The notes under the pieces were generated by a model. The model saw only the letters and a program-made list of their open reading frames with translations. It ran no database searches and was not told where the DNA came from. Positions 52,601 through 64,000 of a stretch of 64,000 nucleotides of DNA are shown here, in pieces. The DNA is from Oikopleura dioica. Its lineage: Eukaryota > Animalia > Chordata. The stretch is from NCBI GenBank assembly GCA_907165135.1, contig OU015568.1, positions 9,982,001 to 10,046,000 on the forward strand. Reading direction: 5' to 3'. The position numbers and the translations under genes are program-made. Position 1 is the stretch's first letter. Each line of letters begins with the position of its first letter.

Positions 52601-54121
52601 TCAACACGACTTGATTAAAAATGCTAAAAGGAGAATTTGTTTTCATAATACACTTCTGACAAGCGGGGAAAATATACTAAACATACTATTTTCTGTTTTT
52701 TCGTAGTGCCTTGCGTAATTGCAATTTGCGCTCAATTCAATTTTTTTTTCTTAGCGAGGATAGTGAGCAAATGCGGAAGCATGGAAGAAGAAAAGCAAAT
52801 CGAAATGATGAAAACGCTGCAACTCGCGGTCACGAGCTCAGACAATTTTGTTGAAGACTTGTTATTAGAAAGTGAGGGAGTTTAATTAGTAGCTCGTCTA
52901 AAATGCTTGTTTTAGATAAATATGGAGAATTAAAAGTAAATTACCAGGGGAGTATAATCGCCCAGGCTGTAATGGAATACAAGGGACGAGCAAGAAAAAT
53001 TTTGATCGACGATTTAGTAAAGGTAAATTAACACCTCATGGTTGACCCTAGCATTGATGGATCGAAGAATTTTCTATTCCGTTTTTCTTCTTTTCTAATC
53101 CGAAGTTCGGACAAAGAAATAAATCAAAGCGATAAAGCCGAATTAGCTGACTCAGACGCGTTTGTTTCAGGTTGAAAGCGATAAGTTGAAAACGATATTC
53201 GACTCATCAGCTGGAAGTTATTTGTTAGAAAGCATGTCCAACAATATTCCCGATAAAAAATTCTGCGAAATGCTGAGAACACTGCCAATATCGGATATCG
53301 CTTTTGGACGCTTTGGTTCGCGCGCCGTCGAAAGCATTTGGAAGAAAAAGAATCTGAAGGTAACACAAGTGCTCTGCGAATGCCTGGCCGAGGTGCACCA
53401 AGAGCTCGGACAATCGCAATTTGGGCGCCATGTGAACGCGAAGTTGAGAGTCACTGAATTTGTCCGCAATAAAGACAGGTGGATGCAGAATCAAAACAAC
53501 TCGTCAAATGACAAGGTATCTAAATCAATTTTATACGCGCCCGGAAATAGCCATCAGTTACTGGCAATTTACTTTTTTTTCTAAAAAGGCGATGCAATAG
53601 TTTTGACCTTGTTTGTAGGATAGTCGTTGCTCTAGCATTTTTTATCTACTTTGAAGAGGAAATCTGAAGGCTTAGATTGAAGCAGACGTTGTTTTGTTTT
53701 ACGCGAATACGTTCTGTACCAGGAAGAGTTCCATTTTAGACAGCCGTTCACATTTTGATGAAATCTGTTCAACCGCAGCCTCTCGAGCTCTGTTGTAGGA
53801 TTCACCGCTTTCGGTATATTTCAAACATCGCCAAGTACAAATACGGAACTCGACCAAGTGGTCCTTGAGGACAACGCGAGCGATTCTTGTCCTCGCGGTG
53901 ATCCTCTATGTAACATTAACAAGTACAAGGACAATGTGCATGTTGTGAGCGGAATCTACCGCAAATCTTTTAGAAATTTTTTTTTCAAGGCCACTTGTCT
54001 AGTTTGTAACTAATTCGCTTATTTTAAAAACCTTCATGCAAGTCATTGTTATTTTTAGTTTGGAAAGAAAGGCAGATTGGAAGAAGGACCTACGAGAAAG
54101 AAGAAAAAATTCGGCAACTGA
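49673..54121 (+). CDS. NOP9: Nucleolar protein 9 (Pumilio-like repeats)
   Basis: PUF-like repeats SFVVERLI, HSYFVIR, ASHFLERL, LVLHQNGNFVLQRV, VNYQGSIIAQ, SSAGSYLLE and FGSRAVESIW. Basic last exon ...TRKKKKFGN*. Confidence 0.85.
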
Positions 54122-54207
54122 GTCAGTTTCTGTAAATTGTAAAAGATACGACCTGATTGCCTTTTGAAAGTTTTGATTTCATCACTTCTCAAAGCTGTTT
54201 AAGATTA

Positions 54208-57200
54208 ATGTTCGAAGATGCTGAGTTGCCCAAGTCGGAAAAGGAGACGTTCCTAAAAAAACGTGCCATCGAACGTTCTGAGCGCGAAACGTCTCGCCAT
54301 TTGACGGAAAATGCCATCACCATCCAAAAGGTCGCTCGAGGATTTCTCGACCGTCGAAGATTTCGACGTTCGCGCCTTCAAGCCATAGAAAAGTTTATAG
54401 AACAGCACCCAGAATGGGATAATATCGACAGCACAGTTATTCTTATGGCACTTCGTGGCTTGACGTTTAATTATTCGTCAGTTTTTGATGATTCTTTGGA
54501 GAAAATTAGCAGACTTCTCTCGAAAAATATCTTGAATCCAAAAGGAAACGAGAAAACATGGTATATTTCTCTGTGTCTCCATCCAAAGTACGCCAAGTTA
54601 TTCCTGAAACAAGCGAGAGAGCTGATAATTTCTGTTGGAAGCATGCTTAGTAGGATCTCCACATCTCGACAGTCATCTCGTGTTTCTGCCGCGTTATCTC
54701 TTCTCGCGGTTCTATCCGATGGAAGCAACTGGCTGCTTTGGGGTTTGAAGAAGTTTGAAAAAGTCAAACCCGCCGTCGTTGCGATGATCGATCGAAATCT
54801 CGCTCAAGTCAGGGAAGAAATCTTAGACGCTATCAAGAGCATTCTGATTCTATGGCAGACCCGAGCGTCTGGTCTTTTCTCAAATGCTACGCTGAACGCA
54901 GCTTCTGTATTGATCAGAAGATGCGCAAAGGATAAAGTTCTGTATCTCGAGAAGATTTTGACAATTCCTGGGGTTACGCTTTCTGTCACAAGAAAATCTC
55001 CTGAATCGAGTGTTCACTGGGACGAGATTTGGCTACCTGATCTTTCTACCGATTTTTCAAAGTACTCCGGAACATCAGCTCTGTCTATCTACGCTAATTC
55101 TCTCTACATCCTATCACTCAAAAAAGACTACACGATCCAACAACCGATCCTGGAACTATTCATTCGGATGTTGGAACACATCCAAGAAAACACTGACCAT
55201 TCCAAAGCGTCCAACATGTCCTGGCATCCGATTCTTGGCTACTGCGTTGATTCGAACGAGACGCAACCAGACTCGGAGCAATTAGCTCTCATTCAGGAAC
55301 AGCTCGGGTGTATGTGGAAGAAGAATCTAGTCGCGATGTTTTTCTTTGATGTACTCAACATGGAGCGTTTAGAGAACGGCATGACGTTCAAGGAGCCTTC
55401 TAGGAAAGGGGCTGCCTTTTAGACATGAACTTTTTAGTAGGTCAAGTTGGCACCTCGTTTTTAAGTGCGGATATAATGGCTCAGCGGACGAAAGAAAAGA
55501 TAAGCAAGACTTCTTTCGGAAAAACTTCCGTTGGCAGTTTCATTCAACGGGCGATCGGAGGCATTCCTACTTCTATGAAACAAGTCGGCGGGAGACATTT
55601 GAACTACCCAGAAGTCGTGATGACTACGAAAGCATGTTATCTGTACACACTCTGCATGTCTGTATTCGTGGAGAAAATAAAGCTGGATATTCTGACGGGA
55701 CTGTTTGGCGTGGAAACGTTTCTGAAGCGCCTTTGGGTCTTCATTTGTGAAATGGGACCTTCGGGAGGACTCAATGTTTTTGAAAAAATCGCGGAAGAGG
55801 ATACTCCCGAGTTAAGACAGGCTAATGCGCCGTATTTGGCTGTTCTATCTCTTTTCTGCCAGTGTTCCGCTTTGCTGCTTTCCATAGCCGACGAGGACGA
55901 GTTCTTCGAAAAACAGCACCCGTTCTCACTGGAGGAATCGAAAACGATATCGTTGTTTCTGAAGAATTTCTTGTTCAAACTCGTCTGGAAAGGGGTCGTT
56001 GGCGGAACGGAACGAAACAATTTTACAGCGATCCATCGACATGGCCTAGATCTCCTTGTACTGTTCTATGATAAGGACACGCGGCGAAGTTTTACTGATA
56101 AGGGACATTGGCTTATCAAATTGGTGAAACCGGCGACGATTATGGGGGAATTTGACAAAGGGAAACCGCGCGCACGTTTAATCCTCGAGCAGATGCCTTT
56201 TCTCATACCTTTTGATAACCGTGTTAGCTGCTTTAGAAAGCTCATCCAGGCGGACCAAAAGGACCGGGTTCACCATAAAATAAACCTCTTTCGAAACTTC
56301 TAAAGCTACTTTATCGAACTTATTAAAAGGGCGCTAACAGGGGCTACGACGCGGGCAACATCCCGCATCATATCGTTATCAAGCGAACACGACTTATCGA
56401 AGACGGTTTTAACCAACTCAGCCGGCTGAGAGCTAATCAACTGAAGTCAACTGTCCGTGTAAAATTTTACAATGACTTAGGACTTGCCGAAGCGGGTATT
56501 GATCAGGATGGTGTGTTCAAAGAGTTTTTGGAAGAAACAGTGGCGAAGATATTTGATGTTCAGTTCAACCTTTTCCAGGTGAGCTTCCTAACAAAAATAG
56601 ATCGTTGACATATTTATCTAGGCAACTAAACTCGGCAATTCTTTGTACCCGAGTCATATGGCATCTTCTTCCTCCGACCTCGAGCTTTTCAATTACATCG
56701 GAAAGCTGCTCGGAAAAGCAGTTTACGAAGGTATTGTTTTGGACGTCCACTTTGCCCCTTTCTTCTTGCGACATCTTTCCCACCACTCGGCGAATGCGTT
56801 GTACTCCTCAATTGACGACTTGCCAGCTTTTGACCCAGAACTAGCGAAGAACTTGGCATATGTCAAGCACTGTGAAGATGCAGCAGACTTGGGGCTAAAT
56901 TTTGAGTGGACGGAAGATATTCTAGGAGCGGGTTGTTGATTATTTTTGTTGACTTAGTTTAATAGGGTTAGATTAATCCAACCTCGACCAGGCCAGATGA
57001 AAAGCTACGAGCTCCGCACTGGCGGGCGCGACATCGCTGTCACAAACCAAAATAGGATTTCTTATATCCATAGTGTGGCGCATTTCCGGCTCTTTAGGCA
57101 GATTAAGGCTCAATCCGCGGCATTCTCGGTGAGTAAAAACACCTTACAGTCAGCCTTCGCCCATTGAACCGCAGCTGGTCGAGTTGCGGCGAGCTATCAT

Positions 57201-58408
57201 TTTTCATGTTCAGATTTTTTGAATATCACCAGAAAAATGTGCTGACGTGGTTTTAATCCACACGATAAAAACTTAAAGTACATCCGTTTTTAGGTTTTCT
57301 TATCATGATTTTTTTGAAAAAAAAAAGGAAAATGTGTTTTTTTCTCGATGATACCAGTCGTTTATCTAATTTGACATGCAATTCTTATTTAACAATGAAT
57401 TTGTTCATCTAACGATTTGTTAAGTCCGGATTTCATCAATTAATCAACCGCGACTGGCTCTCCATGTTTTCTACTTCTGAGCTGCAGCGACTCATTTCCG
57501 GGAACAACGACGGCGATATTGACTTTGCCGATTTGAGGAAGCACGTGCTCTACTTTGGCGGCTTTCACGGCCGCCATCGAGGTATTCTTTCTATTTTTCT
57601 TTCAATTTCTTCGCCCAGCTGATTTTAGAACCTCACGAGTTCTCCGTTTTCTGTTAAATTAGATTTTCACTTTCCACGCAAACCTAACTTTAAAATAATG
57701 ATGCACTACATGGCGATTCTAATCGATAATATTCCAGCGCGAATGAAAATTACTTGAGATCGGTATCCTTCTATTTCCCAGGCCATTAGGGCTCTAGTTT
57801 CGTCACGTTTTTTCTCGCTCTTTCAAAATTGCCCTCTAATGAATGTCCAAGTAGAGACTTTAGAAAACGCAGTGATGGGAGTTTTCTTCAGTCATGATTT
57901 ATATCAAGTTTTTACTCATAGTTATTGAAGTTTTTAGTGATTGTCTGGCTCTGGGATATTCTCGAGAACGATTTCAAAAAGGATGAACGATCCGCTTTCC
58001 TAAAATTTGTAACATCTTGCTCTTGCCCTCCGCTTCTTGGATTTGCCCATCTTCAACCCCCATTCTCCATTCGATGCGTAGAAGTTGGCGATGACGATGA
58101 TCGAGGAGACACTCTTGGAAGCGTTCTTCGAGGCTTTCTGTCTGTTCGAAAGACGAAAGTCGTTCAGGGTCGCTTGCCGACTGCTTCCACGTGTTTTAAT
58201 TTGCTCAAGGTATGAGCAATTTTCACCTTAGACCTTGTTTTCAGCTTTGAATCAAATCGGCCAGCATAAGAATTTCTTGTGTTTATAAGCCTCCTCGAAC
58301 TTTGCCTTAACTTTTAATTTTCAGCTGCCAAACTATTCGAAAAAATCCATTCTCCGAGAAAAGCTTCGACTTGCAATAACCATGAATACAGGCTTTGAAC
58401 TGTCGTGA
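54208..58408 (+). CDS. UBE3B: HECT E3 ubiquitin ligase UBE3B
   Basis: N-terminal IQ motif ([12 protein letters not shown]); WHPILG; [14 protein letters not shown]; HECT end [77 protein letters not shown]. Confidence 0.95.
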
Positions 58409-59967
58409 TTCCGTAATAAATTTCTGTCATTCAATAAAACGTATCGTTTTTATCGCGTTGATTCGCAGCTCAACTAAGTCAGCTCTTAAATGCAGCAGGT
58501 GGTTTACTAGGCTTTTAATTGATCAACTACTGTCTCACAACAAGCGCATCAATGGAGCAGATGCGTCGCATGAACTTCTCAATCAAAGCAAATATAACAG
58601 TGGGCCCCAACTAACTGAGTTAGGCTGTTCCTTTTAAATTCGGAGTCGTCGGAAAATACTTGCGCTTCCTCGTCTTACCGCGCTAATTCATAATAATTTA
58701 GCCATCAATCGAGCCCATTCTGCCTCCAGTTTCCCATGATCACTTCGCCTTGTTTAGTCTTTGCTTTCTGGAACTAGAAACAAGAAAAAACACGACAAGG
58801 GCAAATAGTACTCAGGGTAAAATCTTGTGGTAACAACCTCGTCATTGTATTTGTTTTCAGACTTTTTCGATGATGATCATCAATACAGGTGTGGCTTTGT
58901 TGAACCCTCTGGTTTTTCGCTGATTTCGTAAGAAACTCGTCTTGAAAATTCCTTGATAATTTTAGCAACAGTATTTTCTTCGATTTAGGAAAAGGAGATA
59001 GGTACTCATGCCGGTACTTGGAATAGTGGGATCGTGGACTATCAAATAACAATATTGGAGGGTATTTACGTAGTGGCTCTTGTCGCGGAGATAGTAAACG
59101 TTACTTTTAGAAAATAGTTTCCAAGTGGCGACGATAGGTGCTTGAGGTGGTTGACCGCACGGTGACATCACTGACCAAGCTAAGGAAGTGATAAAACGGT
59201 CTGAGTTTCCAAAATCCAATATATAGCCCGGAAAACGCGAGATGCCTGACCATAGATGCAACCTTACGCACCGAGATAGAGCTTATCATCGTTTTCCAAC
59301 CATTTTGATTCCTTGAAGTTGGCATATGGCCATAAGGCCATGGAAAGTTCGAACTCAACAAATTCCGAATGAATTTTAATTTTGATTTTAGAAGATCTTC
59401 GAAGATAAAAATCATCTCTCAACTTGGAAGTTATACCTTTCTAACGAATTTTGTTTGACCTTCGTCGGGTTATTACATGTTCAAATCATCGTTGCATCGA
59501 GCTTGTCGCATAAAACTTTTTGGAAAATAGGAGACACGTCAATTTCTAGTCGCCCCTTATTTATGCGAGTTGACAGGACGACGTCTTATGTTATTAATTG
59601 ACCGGACGATCAGGGAGACTATCTATCACACAAAAACGTCAGATCAACAATTATTAAATTACCAACTTCTTTCTTTGAATGTTCTACTCTCAATCATTGT
59701 GATCACCTTTTTATTTCTTCCATGAACCTTGATCAATTTCCTGTCCATTACTCCAAGGCTTCCCAAGTGTTGATAAATATTGACGCTACATACCATCCCC
59801 CGTAAACAGATTTCAACAAAAAAGCTTCGTCCAAAACAATCTCCACGGCCCAAGCTCAGCCTAAACCTCCTCGCGAACAGCGTTTCTAGCGCTAGAAATT
59901 CGCGTTAAAACGCGTCCTGATCGGTTTAACGTGGAGTTCAACTATAACTAGATTCTTACTAGAAGAT

Positions 59968-60890
59968 GAGCGTCTCAGCGGAAATATTTTGCATCGTCAT
60001 CTTGCTCTTGAGACGCTTTCTAGCCCTTTTTAGGGAAGACAATTGCCGGTACTGAATATTGAATCACCACTTAGCTCCGGTTAGAAGTGGTCCTTGCGGG
60101 TTCACGAAAATTTTTCAAAGAAAATTTAGTTTCTACAATTTTGAGGAATAAAGAATTCGAAAGTGCTGACAATTTGTCCACTTGATACCAAGGATCTCGG
60201 CAATCTAAGAAATCGTGTGTTTTGATCGAATCCGCTTCTGCGGCGTTTCTTCATGAGAATCTCGGAACTCTTAGTCTGCCTAAAGAAAATCCGCCAATTA
60301 GGAAGTGCTCCTTATCAAAAGGACTTGATAGCACACCGCGAGAATTTTGTGAACAGTTTCTCTTCTCATCAACGTGTTTCTTTGAGATATGGAAATTACC
60401 ATATCCAGCTATTCATGTACCTCTATCTCATAAATCATTAATTCAAAAAAAAACTTTCGGGCGGCGGCAGGAATCCCTAGGCTTTTCACTGTTGTCCAGG
60501 CAGTGTCAAGACCATTTATCCTCTTTCTATAGACTTATCTAGAATCGTCTATAGCTGGGGGACCCGAAAGAACCTCCAGAGTTGGTGAGACTCTTCGTCA
60601 TTTGCGGTTTTTATACGAAGACTCCCTCGAGGGAGCTACCTCCGTTAGATACCAATGCATCGTTGCATTAGTACTAGCCGTCTATCTCTTCTATCTACCT
60701 TGGTTATTCGTACTTGGTTATTCGGTTGGACAGTTTTAAAGGTCGGCGACCTGAATCTCGAGTTGCTGTCGGGAATCGAACGCCATAGTCGGACTTATCA
60801 TGAAGCGTCCAGCCACGTCTTGGTCCACCAAACCAAGACGCCCCCGAAAGCTATCCTCAATTTTCATGCTTATGAACACTAATGACGACA
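59968..60890 (+). CDS. Possible small multi-exon membrane protein, unresolved
   Basis: ATG after an acceptor (actag|aagATG) with a hydrophobic start (MSVSAEIFCIVILLL), GT donors, and a hydrophobic segment near 60650-60740. No consistent full model was built. Confidence 0.25.
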
Positions 60891-61196
60891 CATCTTTGTT
60901 TTGTTTTTGCAGTAAAATGCATCTGGACGTTCATTTCTCCGTCCACAACGATGCAGTTTCGGTTTATTCAATCAATTTTATACAGTTTGTTCAAAGTTTC
61001 TTGGAACTCCGTTAATATCATACACATTTACTAGTATAGCAGGGTTGTTACTTTGTACAGCGTTGGGTTTTCTTTATAAATTTCTACAGAGCAGTGTTTA
61101 AAAGTATTTTTGAAAATTAAAATTTTTCATATCAAAATTTTTGTCTGACGAGTATTTCGTCTTCTTCTTCCTTTTGCATAGTATTGTTTTAAGTTT

Positions 61197-63498
61197 TTAC
61201 AGCTTGTTCGAAGTTTGGGTGCGCAGCAGATTGAGCATTTCTTCTTGTCGCTGATTAATTTTGTTCAAATACTAAATAAGCAAGTGGTTAGTTGAATGCC
61301 TTCTAAAAATAAGCACAAAAGTTCAATTCGATCCAGAATGAGATTTTAGAAGATAATCGCGGCGAGGGGATTTATCTGTTTGAGTTTGTTTTATTTTGAG
61401 TTGGGGAAGGCTGACTTTCCCGGAAGAAATGACGAAAATATACTTTTATACTAGCATTTTGCTCCGCTGTAATATTTTAAACAAAGAATATAAGCAAGAT
61501 AATCCGCAGATTCTAAAAAGGTTGGAACATCCGGATCTTCGCAAAGCCCCGGAGAGCTCCAATCCTTCCGTTCAGTTTTCAGTACAATAACTTAAATTCT
61601 TGATGCAAGAGTAAAATGTGAGATTATCCTCTAATCATTTTTGAGCTTTTGACTTATCAAAAGTGCAAATTCCAGCTGCAATCGTAAGCAATTTTTCAAG
61701 TCAATTATTCTCCGAAAGTGCTCTTGAAAGTTAATAGTGACCGTGACTTTTCTTTGATAAAATGAAAAATTTGTATGTAATTTTGCCGCGACAATCGTCC
61801 ACGTGATGAACAGTCAGGCCATTCTCAATCTGCAAGGTGTTAAGGACATACCTGACGTTCCGAGCGGACATAATTAGAGCAGAAGTTGTCGTTTTTATCC
61901 TTCAATTTGTAGCGCTGGATCGGGACAGAGTGAAAGTAACTCGTCGTTGTTTCTTCCCTAAAAATTTCACTTAGCCAACGAGAAAATTTCCTCTTTCCGA
62001 CGAACTTTAAATATTTCTTTTTCTTGCGAAAAAATACATATTGGAAACCAAGACTCAGAGAAAACTCCTTTTTAGGGATTTTGCATCATGTTCAAATTTC
62101 TTCGGGAGCCGTAATCGCACAAATTGGAATCAGAGTTTTTTAGGGAATTGGATTAAATCCTGGAGACGTGCGAAATCGAGTTTAGAGAAAAAATTTTTGC
62201 GGCTAAAAAGAACCACACGAAAGATTTGGATTCAATTATCAATCACCCAGCTGAGAGTTGATTTATTCTTTGAAGAAGGATAGAAAAATGCTTACCTCAG
62301 ACAATCATCTGCGATTTTTTGATTTGCTTCGTTGAGCAATTTGATTTCGTTGTCCATCCTTTCGCGGCCAAAGTTCTCCACCTAGATGACGATTGTTAAT
62401 TCAAAGGTTAATTGTGAAAGTAATTATTACGGACACATCATTCACAAAGTTATATCAGGTGTAATACAATAATTGGAGGTCAACGGGTTGATTGATGATT
62501 GCGGGGCTCTAAGAAAAAGTCGAGACGGTAATTTTTCAACAAGGTTACAAGCGATTAGTAAATTGGCGAGTGTTTTTTTGTGGGCGCATCCCCTTATGTG
62601 TTCCCGCTTGTGGCTTGTTGCTATTTAGAAACATTTCAGACTTCCTAAGCCGCATCCACGAACGTGTGCTCTGACCAAAGAAAAATCGAGTGGGAGGACA
62701 AGTTTGACAACAGGAAGAACCGCGCATTCAAAATATTAAGGGTGTCGCCACCACCTTCTAATAACTTCCTAAGAGGACAAATTGCGGCCACGCGTAAGCT
62801 TTTTAGAAGCTGCTGATCGGGATTTCTGGGATTTTTTGTCTGCGAAAAAGTTGAAGAATAACATCATGTCACTGTAGGCTCCCGTTTCTCGAAGTCACAT
62901 GATCAACTCATTCCTCTTCGATTTTTATTTTGTGTTGAAACTTTTCAACTTTTCAACTTGAAAGCAACAAGCTGCATGCTGGATACAGCTTTTTTCATGC
63001 TGTTTTTTTGAGTTAGTAAACTTGAAAAACTGTAAAATCGTAAAAAGGGATTATGTTATTTGTGGTAAAATTTTATGTTAACGCGAATTTGAATTTATTT
63101 CGGTTCAGGTGATAATATTCCGATGCAAAATAAACTTGAGGATCATTCACTTATTGGCGCTTACTTTTAATTTACGAGTACACTCAGTGTGAATATGTTT
63201 CAGTAAGTGTTTGCTACATTTGTTGACTTACTTTGTTAGCGAAGGTGGTGTTGAAATGCTGGTAAAGCATCCAATCCGCCTTGTTCCAGTCGATAAGCTT
63301 CTGTTGGTACTCGTCGCTGAGCCAGTCCGCGGTGGATGATTTTGATTTCTCCAGCTTTCGCGAATTCGACTTAATGAATGTAATGTCTTCTGTCGTCCAG
63401 CAGAGCTCCTCCTTGAGCAAAATCATCGATTCATCGAAGAAGTCGGTGATTAGGACTTTTAATTCGTGTTCGACAGAATATTCGCGGTAGCAAATCAC
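61197..63498 (-). CDS. Galactose-3-O-sulfotransferase family protein, 3' part (5' end unresolved or outside window)
   Basis: LITDFFDESMILLKEELCW..N.R..WNKADWMLYQHFNTTF|VENFGRERMDNEIKLL..C matches the GAL3ST C-terminal region. Later exon RYKLKDKNDNFCSNY. Confidence 0.8.
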
Positions 63499-64000
63499 CT
63501 ACTATTTACTGGTGAAAAAATAGCTTTCTTTTCTGTATCTTTTTTTTCTAAGATTTCAAGTCTTTGCAAGAAAACTGCTGGACTTACAGTTGAACCAAAT
63601 TCTTATCACAAGTCTCCAGCTCATTTTTATTTACTCAACTTGTGTATCTCCCCTCCAGGTAGCCGAAAAATCTGTAAAATTCACCAATTTTCGAGGAACA
63701 GCTAAGCTTCAGAGCTGCTGTCCGCTCTAAGTGGCGATAACCAGCTGAAGATGAGGGGCTCATTTGAATTTTTTCGACAAATGTAAAAACACCCCAGAGC
63801 TGCTCCTCTTAGGCTTTGCTTTGAGTGGCAAAAATAGGAGCAGCTGATTGCTCTTGGAGAGACTATTTGTCATCTAGTGTTAGGTGATTTTGTTTTCGTG
63901 AGTTAAAACTGAATTTGGCTTGCTATCTTGAACTAACAGTGTCTGCCTGTAACTATCAATTTGAAAACGAATGGATGAATTAGAAGCTACGTGTCCCTCT

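Overview
Eukaryotic, very gene-dense genomic DNA with mostly ~30-65 bp introns, co-oriented gene runs with short spacers, and AG splice acceptors directly before start codons. By inference this is a larvacean tunicate (Oikopleura dioica-like); the organism is not proven by the sequence. A minus-strand run holds a GOLM-like Golgi coiled-coil gene, UNC45, B3GLCT (with a nested antisense gene), BROX, a two-pore channel, SANBR/KIAA1841 (one intron carries two head-to-head tRNA-Ser(AGA) genes and a TA-flanked MITE), two paralogous multi-HTH (Psq/CENP-B-type) genes separated by a MITE, a CHST-type sulfotransferase and SRPK. A divergent plus-strand run holds E(z)/EZH2, TRMT13, an orphan, ULK4, ECM29/ECPAS, ATP6V1G, DNAJC1, NOP9 and UBE3B. 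A partial GAL3ST-type gene ends the window. Most notable: the HTH paralog pair around a motif-rich MITE, a 947-bp near-perfect palindromic element with an 8-bp TSD in an ECM29 intron, a GA-AG intron in E(z) that appears forced plus other GA/GC-donor candidates, a triple TCTAGA before E(z), and a histone-tail-like C-terminal extension on E(z). All gene models, alignments and counts were done by eye, and homologue comparisons are from memory. No database search was run.
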